Shown here: in pieces, positions 17,858 to 26,950 of the stretch
How the letters are laid out: the number at the start of each line of letters is the position of its first letter
Numbering within the stretch: position 1 is the stretch's first letter
NCBI GenBank assembly: GCA_040876835.1
Contig: JBBDOX010000010.1
Span: 8,230-72,229, forward strand
Length of the DNA: 64,000 bases
Direction: 5' to 3'
DNA from: Candidatus Anderseniibacteriota bacterium
Lineage (GTDB): Bacteria; Patescibacteriota; Andersenbacteria; UBA10190
Translations under genes and position numbers: made by a program
The notes under the pieces: model-generated
The model's input: only the letters and a program-made list of their open reading frames with translations
Databases searched by the model: none
Told to the model about the DNA's origin: nothing

Positions 17858-18937
17858 TTAGGCCGATACGGCTACATGCCGACGAGGAACAACAGAATCT
17901 AGAGGAATACGTTTGGTAGTCGGATAGTGGTAGAGAGTTGAATACTCCTCATAAATGCGCTTCCAGCGAAAGTGGGCCTGGGCGCGCTTTGCTGCCTTTT
18001 TACTCAACACGCTTGCAGAGTCAGCTTTTTTAAGAGTTTTCCGTAGTAGTCCGCTTAGAGTATCGCTATCTCCCTGCATAACAATATTTGCAGTCGTTCC
18101 CACTATTTCTTCTAGGGCAGGGCTGGCAACGGCAATAATGGGACGTTGACCATGCATAGCCTGAAGAAGTTGCTCGTCCGCAGATAAAGCAATAACTACT
18201 GTGGCTTGATGGATCAGCGATACAACAGCTCGGTTTCCCAGGGAGTTAATGTTTACTAGAAACGGGTATTTACGTTTTAAACGGGCAAATTCAGCCATCT
18301 TACCGACAGTAACGAGCTTTTTACGGGTTTTGAGTTGCTTGTATGTCTGGGCAATCCACTCAACATCCTTGGGCGTAGAAGCCGTAGTCAGGGCATATTG
18401 GTTCTTACGCAGCTTCCATGCAGTAGCGGGAATCAAAGGCAGTTCTGAAGGAGTATAGCCATCGGGAATATATGTTACTCGCAAGCCGAGCTGTACTAGC
18501 AAAAGGTACTGTAGATGACGGCCTGGGGTAGTAATAGCATCAAATGCGCGAGTGTTCAGCCATGCTGTAAATCTTGCTCTGCGCCATGTTTTTGGTAGTT
18601 CGGAAATCGTCCATACATACGTGCTTTCCGGGCTTAGTAAAACTGCAAAGCGTACTAACCGTGCCGCTTTCCAGTTTTGAATATGAATAACATCAGGCCT
18701 TTGACGCCAGATTTGCCATAAAATCCCTACTGAGGCTGGCAATAATCGCCGTGGACGATAAAGTTGTGCCGTTTGTATAAACCGGAGGGAATTGGGGGTA
18801 TAACCTCGTTCGCAGACTACGGTTACAGAGTGGCCTTGTTGGCTTAAGTGCGAAACAAGAGCTTCTACCCGTTTTTCGGAGGTATCAGAAGGGTTTTGGG
18901 CGGGAAGGCCTTTCTGGCCAATAAAGAGAATATGCAT
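17858..18937 (-). CDS. glycosyltransferase family 4 (GT-B, group 1)
   Basis: Start at MHILFIGQKGLP. Typical GT4 N-terminus and C-terminal retaining-GT core. Native GC of about 47%, even though it sits between two high-GC islets. Confidence 0.7.
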   Translation of the reverse strand: MHILFIGQKGLPAQNPSDTSEKRVEALVSHLSQQGHSVTVVCERGYTPNSLRFIQTAQLYRPRRLLPASVGILWQIWRQRPDVIHIQNWKAARLVRFAVLLSPESTYVWTISELPKTWRRARFTAWLNTRAFDAITTPGRHLQYLLLVQLGLRVTYIPDGYTPSELPLIPATAWKLRKNQYALTTASTPKDVEWIAQTYKQLKTRKKLVTVGKMAEFARLKRKYPFLVNINSLGNRAVVSLIHQATVVIALSADEQLLQAMHGQRPIIAVASPALEEIVGTTANIVMQGDSDTLSGLLRKTLKKADSASVLSKKAAKRAQAHFRWKRIYEEYSTLYHYPTTKRIPLDSVVPRRHVAVSA

Positions 18938-18992
18938 CACTTTTATATTAATAATCTGAAATAACAGGGGAATATAACACAAAGAAATAATG

Positions 18993-19021
18993 TTGACAAG
19001 AATTAGAATCTATGCATTAAT
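18993..19021 (+). promoter_or_regulatory. candidate sigma70-type promoter for the second high-GC islet operon
   Basis: TTGACA, 17-nt spacer, ATTAAT. It lies about 80 nt upstream of the 19099 start, inside native-GC DNA. Confidence 0.3.
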
Positions 19022-19098
19022 ACAGGGTTCACGGAAGGATAGTTTTGTTGCACGGATGGACGTTTTCACAACCAAGCAAAAGGAAAGGAGGTGCCTGA

Positions 19099-19923
19099 AT
19101 GGTACCCGCTCCGAATGGAGGGAATGCTGGTCACCAACCAGATACCTCCGTCAACAAGCTGGAAGTCGCGATCGCACAGGCAATGCAACGCCTGTTCGAA
19201 GCGCACGGAAGCTGTACGGTACGCGAAATTCGGGAGGAGCTGATCTCTCAGGGATTCTCCCAGGTGGAGGCATCTTCGAATTTGATCACGCCCCGAGTTC
19301 GTGAAAACATTACCATTGGCCGTCTGGTACGGGAAGGTACGCGTCATTCGCAAGACACCGGAAAGCGCTACTACCCCACCAAGAAATGGTCGAGCAACCC
19401 CCGCGTAAAGCGGTTGCTCAAACAAGTTTCCAACCCCGAGCCCCAGAAGGAAGAAAGCGACATGGCTACCATCAACCCCGCTCCGGCAGCAGTCGGCGTG
19501 AGTGACCCGCAGAGTCAGCCCACTCCCGAGGAGCTGAAGGAGCTTCAAGGGAAGGTGGCGCAGTACGCGGCGCTCAACAAGGTCTGGAAGGAGCATTTGC
19601 CGGAGAGGGAATTCTCCGAGGCGACGCTCCTTCAACTGATCCAGGCGGCTGCTCATTACAGGCAGCTCGCAGAGCAGCGCCAGGACGAGAGGGATCAGCA
19701 GGCGATCGACGCCGAGGCAGCCAAGAAGACGCCCACCAAAAAGAAGATCCCCGTGTGGGGGTGGCTGGTCATCGCCCTCGTGGGCGCGGCTCTGGCCATC
19801 GGCGGCACCTTCGGGGTGACGCGCATGGCGTACAAAACCAGCGCCAAGCCCCGCGAGACACAGTCTCAGAAGTCCGACGTCGACTACAGCCGCATCAAAC
19901 AGCTCCTCGAGGAGGAGAAATAG
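19099..19923 (+). CDS. hypothetical protein with a winged-helix-like N-terminus, coiled region and a C-terminal TM anchor (high-GC islet 2)
   Basis: 274 aa. AAGGAGG SD 7 nt upstream. About 62% GC. The long opposite-strand ORFs here are judged antisense artefacts. Confidence 0.5.
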   Translation: MVPAPNGGNAGHQPDTSVNKLEVAIAQAMQRLFEAHGSCTVREIREELISQGFSQVEASSNLITPRVRENITIGRLVREGTRHSQDTGKRYYPTKKWSSNPRVKRLLKQVSNPEPQKEESDMATINPAPAAVGVSDPQSQPTPEELKELQGKVAQYAALNKVWKEHLPEREFSEATLLQLIQAAAHYRQLAEQRQDERDQQAIDAEAAKKTPTKKKIPVWGWLVIALVGAALAIGGTFGVTRMAYKTSAKPRETQSQKSDVDYSRIKQLLEEEK

Positions 19924-19985
19924 GCACGCACAGAGAAGCAGTGTCGCTGACACACTCACCAACAAAACCCCAGAGGAGTTGAGTC

Positions 19986-20924
19986 ATGAGTAACGTTCGG
20001 TACGGATTGATCCTGCTGTTCGCAGCAGGTTGCACGGTTGACCTTAGCGATGAGACCATCGACAAGATCAACCAGCCCGGAAAGGACCACGCCGCCCTTG
20101 AGGTGACGGTGTGGGAAAAAGAGTACGCAGAGCGCCAGAAGAACAAGGAGTTTCGCGAGCAGACGGTGCAGAGTTTGAACGCTCTGCCTACCATCATGGG
20201 ACAGCAGCAGGAGAAGTTCCTCAGGGAGTTTGGTGGGGGCTCTGCCCCTGCCGCTCCCGCTGAGAACCCCGCCCCCGCCGCCCTCGTGGCTCCTGTGCTG
20301 CCAACCCAGGAGGCTGCTTACAGGCAACAGGAGAAAGAGAACGAGGCCAAGGCCGCCGCCCTGAAAGCGTTGGCCATGGTCAACAAGGCGGAAACGGAAG
20401 TTCTCCGAGCCGAAAAGGAGCGCGACGATGCGCACCGGGATAAGCTCGGTTTCGGGGAGGCGATGAGGAGGGTCGACCAGCTCCAACGCGACCAGGAGGA
20501 GTTGCGAAGGGAGCAAAGCCGACTCAAGGAGCACGTCCAGCAGACGTCGCTCGTAAACGCAAAATTCCGGCACCAGTTCCGCCAGCAAAATGCGGAGCTG
20601 CTTGAAGTCGGCCGGACGACAAACCGGGAATTGCAAGGACTGCAGTCCTCGGTGACTGGATCCTTCCGGGATCTGAGTCAGTCGGTTGATCGGCTGCCTG
20701 TTCGCATTGGCGAACAGCTCTCGGTTAGGATGACCGAATGGGCCGCCGCGATCGAGCGGGAGTACAACGTCACGGTCATCGTGGACGTTCCCCCAGCAGA
20801 GATCGTCAACAAAGTTGAGGTGCGACAGGAGTTCGTCCCGCACCTCAACTGCCCCGTGAGGGTGTGGGGACCTTGTCCCACGCCTTCGGGACCTCCGGTT
20901 CTGTACGCGCAGCCGTGTCCCTAG
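19986..20924 (+). CDS. coiled-coil lipoprotein (high-GC islet 2)
   Basis: 312 aa. AGAGGAG SD. Lipobox LLFAAGC. Residues 110-230 form a strongly heptad, charged coiled coil. Confidence 0.5.
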   Translation: MSNVRYGLILLFAAGCTVDLSDETIDKINQPGKDHAALEVTVWEKEYAERQKNKEFREQTVQSLNALPTIMGQQQEKFLREFGGGSAPAAPAENPAPAALVAPVLPTQEAAYRQQEKENEAKAAALKALAMVNKAETEVLRAEKERDDAHRDKLGFGEAMRRVDQLQRDQEELRREQSRLKEHVQQTSLVNAKFRHQFRQQNAELLEVGRTTNRELQGLQSSVTGSFRDLSQSVDRLPVRIGEQLSVRMTEWAAAIEREYNVTVIVDVPPAEIVNKVEVRQEFVPHLNCPVRVWGPCPTPSGPPVLYAQPCP

Positions 20925-20960
20925 ATACGGCTAAACAACGAAACGGAGGAAGTTCATTCA

Positions 20961-21003
20961 CGCCCCGGGGTATCGCAAGATACTCTCGGGGCGCTTTTTT
21001 ATT
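20961..21003 (+). terminator. rho-independent terminator closing high-GC islet 2
   Basis: 7-bp stem CGCCCCG/CGGGGCG enclosing an inner GTATC-GCAA-GATAC hairpin (GNRA tetraloop), followed by CTTTTTTATTT. Confidence 0.6.
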
Positions 21004-21106
21004 TCAGCGCCGTATTGACACGACCGTACGATCTCGGAATAGTATCGATTATACCAATGCTCTTTTGGTATACTTTTAATATAAGACCCCTAAGATACCT
21101 GTCAGT

Positions 21107-23830
21107 ATGCAATGTGAACGATGCAAAAGTCGGCCAGCAGCTATTCAGGTCAGACGCACAATAAACGGGCAACAACAGCAGACTAGCCTGTGTCACGCCT
21201 GCGCAGAGGAAGTTGGCATTACGGCATCAGCTAACTCTCGCAGTCCTTTTGCTGGCTTTCCCGGCTTTAGCAGCTTTTTTGATGATCCATTCTTCGGGGC
21301 AGGCCAGCATGAGCATGCCGGATTTTCCGCGGGAGCTCCGCTCCAGCCGCAAACCGAGGCTGTAAACATTCTTGATGCCTTTTCAGATAGAGCGAAGGGC
21401 GTTATTCAAAAAGCAGCCGAGACTGCTCAAGTGTCTGGTTCCCCGGCGTTAGACACTGAGCATCTCCTCATTGGGGTAGCCCAAGAAACTGAAGTAGGTC
21501 GGAAAATTCTTGAAAATCTCGACATTGATGCAGAAGAGTTAGTCGGATACCTCAACGAGAATATGCAAAGAGAAGTTAAAAAGTACGAAGACGGGGTAAT
21601 GCCGGAGCTGTCTCCGCGCGCTAAGCAGGCCTTAGAGTTATCCTGGCACGCTGCGCGTAATCTCGAACACGATTATGTGGGCAGCGAGCATGTCTTGTTA
21701 GGGCTATTGGCTGAAGGAGACGGGTTAGCAGCGCAGACGCTCAAGAAGTACGGCATAACTGAAACTAAACTTCGACAGGCAGTCCTGTCTGCCGTGGGTG
21801 AGAAAGGGAAGAAAACAGGTAGAGCAAAAACGAAGAGCAAAACACCTACACTTGATGAATACAGTCGAGATTTAAGTGCTCTCGCAAGTGAAGGAAAACT
21901 TGATCCTGTAATCGGCCGCAGTGCCGAGGTCCAGAGAGTTGTTCAGATATTGTCGCGTCGCACTAAGAATAATCCGGTGCTCATTGGTGAGCCAGGTACT
22001 GGCAAAACAGCAATTGTTGAAGGGTTAGCAACCCGTATCGTAAACGGCAATGTACCCGATACGCTCAAAGGAAAGCGAGTATTGTCCCTGGATTTGCCCG
22101 CTATGGTTGCCGGTACGAAGTATCGGGGAGAATTTGAGGAGCGGATTAAGAAAGTGGTAGACGAAGTTCAGCAAGCAGGTCGTTCAGTAATTGTGTTCAT
22201 AGATGAGCTACACACGGTAATGGGTGCCGGCGCCAGCGGAGAGGGCGGGACGATGGATGCTGCTAATATTTTGAAGCCGGCCCTGGCGCGAGGTGAGCTG
22301 CAAATGATTGGGGCGACCACCTTGAACGAATATAAAAAACACATTGAAAAAGATGGTGCCCTGGAGCGTCGTTTCCAGCCAGTTCTTGTTGAAGAGCCAT
22401 CCCCTGAGGATGCCATTGAGATTTTACGAGGCTTAAAGGATCGATATGAAGCTCACCACAAAGTTACCATTACCGATGAAGCTATTGTGGCAGCAGTAAC
22501 CCTGTCGGATAAGTATCTGCGGGATCGATTTTTACCTGATAAGGCGATCGATTTAATGGATGAAGCTGCCGCCAAGGTCCGATTGCGTATGATGGAGGAG
22601 CCAGAAGACCTTTCTGCAAAAAAGCAGGAACTCAAAACAGCCAAACGGGAGTTGGCCTCAGCTCAGCGAGCTAAAAGCAAAAGCATAAAGAATCTGAAAG
22701 AAAAGATAGAATCACTTGAAAAGGAAATCCTCGCACTCGAAGAAAAATGGAAGAAAAAAGCCGGTACCACCCAGACAGAGGTGTGCGCAGCTGATGTTGA
22801 GTCTATCATTTCGTCCTGGACGGGCATTCCTGTAGAAAAGCTGACTCAGACTGAAAAGGAGAAACTTTTATCGCTGGAAGATGAGCTTCATAAGCGCGTC
22901 ATTGCCCAGGAGGAGGCTATAAAGGTCGTCAGCGAGGCTATCCGGCGTAATCGGGCAGGGCTTAAAGATCCTGACCGACCACAAGGGTCATTCCTGTTTT
23001 TAGGGCCCACTGGGGTTGGCAAAACCGAGCTAACGAAGGCTTTAGCAGAAGTACTATTTGGCAGTGACGACAGCATGATTCGCCTCGATATGTCAGAGTA
23101 TATGGAAAAGCATGCCATTGCTCGCATGATTGGGTCTCCTCCGGGTTATGTAGGTCATGAAGAAGGGGGACAGCTGACCGAGCGGGTGCGTCGTAAGCCA
23201 TATTCAGTTATTCTCTTAGATGAAATAGAGAAAGCTCACCCAGACGTATTTAATATCATGCTACAGGTACTGGAAGATGGACGCCTGACGGACGGAAAGG
23301 GGCGTACAGTCGATTTCCGCAATACGTTAATTATTATGACGAGTAATGTTGGCAGCAGTATGATTCAGTCTGCCGCAGGTAAGATTCAACTAGATCCGAA
23401 GGCCTGGGAGGACTTGAAATCACTGCTCATGGATAAGTTAAAAGAAACATTCCGTCCAGAATTTCTGAATCGCATTGATGATATTATTCTCTTCCATCCT
23501 CTGGAAAAGGCGCATGTACAACGGATTGCCGACTACATGCTCGAAGACGTAAAGCGTTTGGTGCGAGCTCAGGGCCTTGATTTGGAAATTACCGAAGAGG
23601 TACGCAACCGTTTAGCCCAGGAAGGATTCGACCCTCAGCTAGGAGCAAGACCCCTACGTCGGGAGATCCAGCGGCGTCTGGAGAACAAGCTGGCTACCGC
23701 ACTACTAAGCGGAGAATTTTCTTCCGGCTCACTCATTCGAGCCGTTCTGAAGGGAGACGACATTGCCTTTGAGCTTCTTTCTGTCCCAGGAACATCAAAC
23801 AAAGGTGCAAAAAGGACCGTGACGGCCTAA
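21107..23830 (+). CDS. clpC: ClpC-like class III AAA+ chaperone/unfoldase with an N-terminal C4 zinc ribbon
   Basis: 907 aa. CxxC-x22-CxxC ribbon, G/F-rich linker, two Clp_N repeats, AAA1 (GEPGTGKT), short UVR-like middle region, AAA2 (GPTGVGKT) and sensor-2. Confidence 0.88.
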   Translation: MQCERCKSRPAAIQVRRTINGQQQQTSLCHACAEEVGITASANSRSPFAGFPGFSSFFDDPFFGAGQHEHAGFSAGAPLQPQTEAVNILDAFSDRAKGVIQKAAETAQVSGSPALDTEHLLIGVAQETEVGRKILENLDIDAEELVGYLNENMQREVKKYEDGVMPELSPRAKQALELSWHAARNLEHDYVGSEHVLLGLLAEGDGLAAQTLKKYGITETKLRQAVLSAVGEKGKKTGRAKTKSKTPTLDEYSRDLSALASEGKLDPVIGRSAEVQRVVQILSRRTKNNPVLIGEPGTGKTAIVEGLATRIVNGNVPDTLKGKRVLSLDLPAMVAGTKYRGEFEERIKKVVDEVQQAGRSVIVFIDELHTVMGAGASGEGGTMDAANILKPALARGELQMIGATTLNEYKKHIEKDGALERRFQPVLVEEPSPEDAIEILRGLKDRYEAHHKVTITDEAIVAAVTLSDKYLRDRFLPDKAIDLMDEAAAKVRLRMMEEPEDLSAKKQELKTAKRELASAQRAKSKSIKNLKEKIESLEKEILALEEKWKKKAGTTQTEVCAADVESIISSWTGIPVEKLTQTEKEKLLSLEDELHKRVIAQEEAIKVVSEAIRRNRAGLKDPDRPQGSFLFLGPTGVGKTELTKALAEVLFGSDDSMIRLDMSEYMEKHAIARMIGSPPGYVGHEEGGQLTERVRRKPYSVILLDEIEKAHPDVFNIMLQVLEDGRLTDGKGRTVDFRNTLIIMTSNVGSSMIQSAAGKIQLDPKAWEDLKSLLMDKLKETFRPEFLNRIDDIILFHPLEKAHVQRIADYMLEDVKRLVRAQGLDLEITEEVRNRLAQEGFDPQLGARPLRREIQRRLENKLATALLSGEFSSGSLIRAVLKGDDIAFELLSVPGTSNKGAKRTVTA

Positions 23831-23845
23831 GGGCTTTTAGGTAGG

Positions 23846-24937
23846 ATGAATCTTAGTATGTCAGTATTCCACTCCGGACAGACAACTTCAGCAAAGGGCA
23901 CTCACCCTGCTCAAGTCCAGCACGAAAATTTAAAAGCTCTATGGCTCTTAAGCGGTTTCGCTGAAGACGTTGATCCGACAGAGCTATCTACAATTATTTC
24001 TGAAGCTCCTGATCCTGAAACTGCGTGTCGGGTGATCACAAAGCATGTTTCTGTTAGCTCTTCCGCACTGCGGGACAAATGGCGCAAGGTCATCAGTCAG
24101 ACCTGGCTGGAATATCACAAACACGCTTCTGCAGCACTAACAATTCCTTTGAGCAGCCTTGATGTGGCTGGAATCACAATTCTGGAAGACGTACGAGGAA
24201 TGATGAATGAGCTGCGAAAGCAGCCAGCAAAAGTCACATACGATCAAAACGAATGGGCAATCGACCCCAGCGAACTGGCACGCTTAATCGCGGCTGTGCC
24301 TTCACTGAAAGACCGAGACGTGGCCAGCGTAGAACACGAATGGAACTATATTCCATTACGTCGTATGCGAGCCTTGCTTCAGGCTAGTCGCCTGGTAAGG
24401 GTCTTTAAAGGGCGTGTATGCGTGGTGGAATCCCGTTATGAGCAGTTTCTGTCACTGCCTCTTCCCCAGCAGTATTACGTATTGTGGCACACGGATGTCT
24501 ACCACGTTGACTGGGAGGCCTTTGCGGGACAATGGCGCTCCTATGTACGGGTTATGCAGAACTACCTTCCACTGGTATGGGAGATGACCGAAGACTTAGA
24601 GAGTGGAGAAGAGTGTAACGCGGAAAACATCGTTCAGGCGTGTGTGGAAGCCTTTAACCCGTTGTGGGAACAGGAAGTGGAAACAGGCGAAACATCGCTG
24701 CGGCAGCTGTATCAAAGATGCGGACTGCCGATTGTAATTGAACGATTATTAGTACGTGATGTCCTAGAACGGTACGGTATTCTGAAATCTGAACAGTCTC
24801 TAGACCTCATGTTTACTCGTTTGCTGCAGCCGCATGCCCAGGGAGAGGAAACGCTTCGGGTAACACAAGTCGGCGAAACCATTATGACTGCTGAACGCGA
24901 GCAGGATCTGCCCTGCGCAATGGATATTCTGGGGTAA
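23846..24937 (+). CDS. hypothetical protein
   Basis: 363-aa ORF directly downstream of the clpC-like gene. No recognisable motifs. Confidence 0.4.
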   Translation: MNLSMSVFHSGQTTSAKGTHPAQVQHENLKALWLLSGFAEDVDPTELSTIISEAPDPETACRVITKHVSVSSSALRDKWRKVISQTWLEYHKHASAALTIPLSSLDVAGITILEDVRGMMNELRKQPAKVTYDQNEWAIDPSELARLIAAVPSLKDRDVASVEHEWNYIPLRRMRALLQASRLVRVFKGRVCVVESRYEQFLSLPLPQQYYVLWHTDVYHVDWEAFAGQWRSYVRVMQNYLPLVWEMTEDLESGEECNAENIVQACVEAFNPLWEQEVETGETSLRQLYQRCGLPIVIERLLVRDVLERYGILKSEQSLDLMFTRLLQPHAQGEETLRVTQVGETIMTAEREQDLPCAMDILG

Positions 24938-24940
24938 GGC

Positions 24941-25909
24941 CTAATCTTGCTGCTTGTTTTCTCCACGAGTGCCGTGGTGAAATTTTTTATGAACATCGCG
25001 TAGATGTGTATCAGTTAAGTGCGTATATACCTGAGTGGTTGTAATAGAAGCGTGTCCAAGCAACTCCTGCACCTGCCGCACGTCTGCTCCATTGCTTAAA
25101 AGGTCAGTAGCAAAAGAGTGACGGAGGGTGTGGGGAGTAATATTTTTCGTAATCCCTGCTTTAGCGGCATATTTTTTGATCAAACGCTGAGCCGTTCGAG
25201 TAGTGAGGCGTAAGTCGCTTTGATCTCCCACTCCCTTTTTGTGACGAATAAAGAGGGCGGGGTCGGTGTCTCCTCGTTTACTTATATAATCAGACAGGGC
25301 CTGCTTAGCCTGATCTGAAAGAAAAACTACCCGTATTTTGTTGCCCTTTCCACGAACAGGGATCTCGTTGCTACTTTCTCTAAGGTCGTCTCGATCAAGC
25401 TGGATTGCCTCTGAGATGCGCAATCCCGTAGAAAAAAGCGTATGTAACAAGGCTCGATCACGTAGCTGCTCTGGGGAAGTTCCTTCGGCTGATGCTAGGA
25501 GCCCATCAACTTCTTCAGGATACAACACGTCAATATCTCGTTCGGGGAGCTTGGCGAGCTCTACGCGCTCTGGTGCCAGAGAGGGGATATCACGCTTGGC
25601 AAGATATTTAAGAAACTGTCTCAGGGCAATCAGGTAGTAATTCTGGGTTGCCATTGATAATCCGTCTCCTGTAGCGCCACTCTGGTTAAGCCAGCGGCGA
25701 AAAGCTCTAACAGTATCGGGAGTTATATCTGCTACAGAAGCTATGTTTTGCCGGGAATAGAAGGCCTGAAGGTAGTGGTCGTAGTTTTCGACAGTCTTAG
25801 AAGACCGGCCTCGACCAATCTCAAGGTCTTCCAGCCAATCTGCGTGCAGTGTCTTAAGATTTCGCGACATATGGGTATAGTATACAAGCTCCTTGCCAAT
25901 ATGATACAA
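24941..25909 (-). CDS. tyrosine site-specific recombinase, XerC/XerD family
   Basis: 322 aa. C-terminal catalytic box HTLRHSFATDLLSNGADVRQVQELLGHASITTTQVYTHL (R..HxxR..Y) and an N-terminal SAM-like domain. Confidence 0.8.
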   Translation of the reverse strand: MYHIGKELVYYTHMSRNLKTLHADWLEDLEIGRGRSSKTVENYDHYLQAFYSRQNIASVADITPDTVRAFRRWLNQSGATGDGLSMATQNYYLIALRQFLKYLAKRDIPSLAPERVELAKLPERDIDVLYPEEVDGLLASAEGTSPEQLRDRALLHTLFSTGLRISEAIQLDRDDLRESSNEIPVRGKGNKIRVVFLSDQAKQALSDYISKRGDTDPALFIRHKKGVGDQSDLRLTTRTAQRLIKKYAAKAGITKNITPHTLRHSFATDLLSNGADVRQVQELLGHASITTTQVYTHLTDTHLRDVHKKFHHGTRGENKQQD

Positions 25910-25949
25910 TCATGCTAGTTTCTTATATCACCTTTGAATTTAATTACGT

Positions 25950-26222
25950 ATGAGTAAAGTTGAAGAGCGAAAACAAGCTATTATCAAGAAGTACAAGACG
26001 CACACCGATGATACGGGTTCTCCCGAGATTCAGGTGGCAATTTTTACTGAAAAAATCGAAGAGTTAGCTAAGCACCTGAAGCGCAACAAAAAAGACCACC
26101 ACAGCCGTCGTGGATTGCTGGGAATGGTCAGCAAGCGAAAACGCCTGCTTACCTACTTGAAGCGCCAGGACGAAGGACGCTACAAGAAGATAACTAAGAA
26201 GCTTGGATTAAAACAGCAGTAA
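25950..26222 (+). CDS. rpsO: 30S ribosomal protein S15
   Basis: 90 aa. ..[49 protein letters not shown].. Confidence 0.9.
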   Translation: MSKVEERKQAIIKKYKTHTDDTGSPEIQVAIFTEKIEELAKHLKRNKKDHHSRRGLLGMVSKRKRLLTYLKRQDEGRYKKITKKLGLKQQ

Positions 26223-26767
26223 TGAGTATTCCTGGACAATTCCCCCAGCAACGCGTGGGGGTATTTGTTGACATACAGAACATGTATTATTCTGGCCGCG
26301 CTATTCATGCTAGCAAGGTAAACTTCAAAAAGATCCTAGAGCATGCTGTTTCTGGTCGACAGCTCGTACGAGCAATAGCCTATGGCATTACGACAGAGGA
26401 AGCTCACGAGGAAGATTTTCACACGGCTTTAGGTGATCAGGGATTCGAGGTTAAAACAAAACCTTTGCAATCGTTTATCGGAGGCCAGAAAAAGGGGGAC
26501 TGGGATGTGGGAATTGCAACTGATATTCTCCGCTTGGAGCCCAAAGTTGATGTTGCAGTATTGATCAGTGGTGATGGAGATTTTGTGCCAATCGTGGAAT
26601 TTGCGAAAGAAAAAGGGCTACGGATGGAAGTTATGAGCTTTCGTGAAAGTACCTCTAAAGCCCTTGTAGAATCTGCGGATAGCTATGTGGACCTTTCAGC
26701 GAACCCCAAAGAGTTCCTGATTCCTGCAAGCCGAGGCCGACGCAGGGTTGCAAAAATCATTGCTTAA
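26222..26767 (+). CDS. NYN-domain (LabA-like/DUF88) putative RNase
   Basis: 181 aa. VGVFVDIQNMYY, DWDVGIATDIL and ISGDGDFVPIVE acidic motifs typical of NYN/PIN-like domains. Confidence 0.7.
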   Translation: MSIPGQFPQQRVGVFVDIQNMYYSGRAIHASKVNFKKILEHAVSGRQLVRAIAYGITTEEAHEEDFHTALGDQGFEVKTKPLQSFIGGQKKGDWDVGIATDILRLEPKVDVAVLISGDGDFVPIVEFAKEKGLRMEVMSFRESTSKALVESADSYVDLSANPKEFLIPASRGRRRVAKIIA

Positions 26768-26950
26768 CATGTAAGGTGGGCATGTGACGTGGTCTTCTGA
26801 CGACCTCACCTGCGCACGTTTATATTTAAATAGAAAGATTCCTACCCCGAAGTCCTTATAGGTGGTTGTTGTCTTTAGATATGTGGAAAGAGAAAATCGT
26901 CTTTCTAAATACCTGAAGACATCCATCTGCGACGAGAGGTCGGAAAATAT

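Noticed and set aside
19066-20843. Two long minus-strand ORFs (299 and 295 aa) across high-GC islet 2
   Set aside because: The plus-strand genes have strong SDs, a lipobox and coiled-coil periodicity. The minus-strand translations are L/R/G-rich junk without motifs, so they are GC-driven antisense artefacts.
21015-21043. Candidate clpC promoter (TTGACA-17-AATAGT) and a CtsR operator
   Set aside because: The -10 is poor, and no GGTCAAA-N3-GGTCAAA CtsR repeat or CIRCE element is present. This is too weak to list as a feature.
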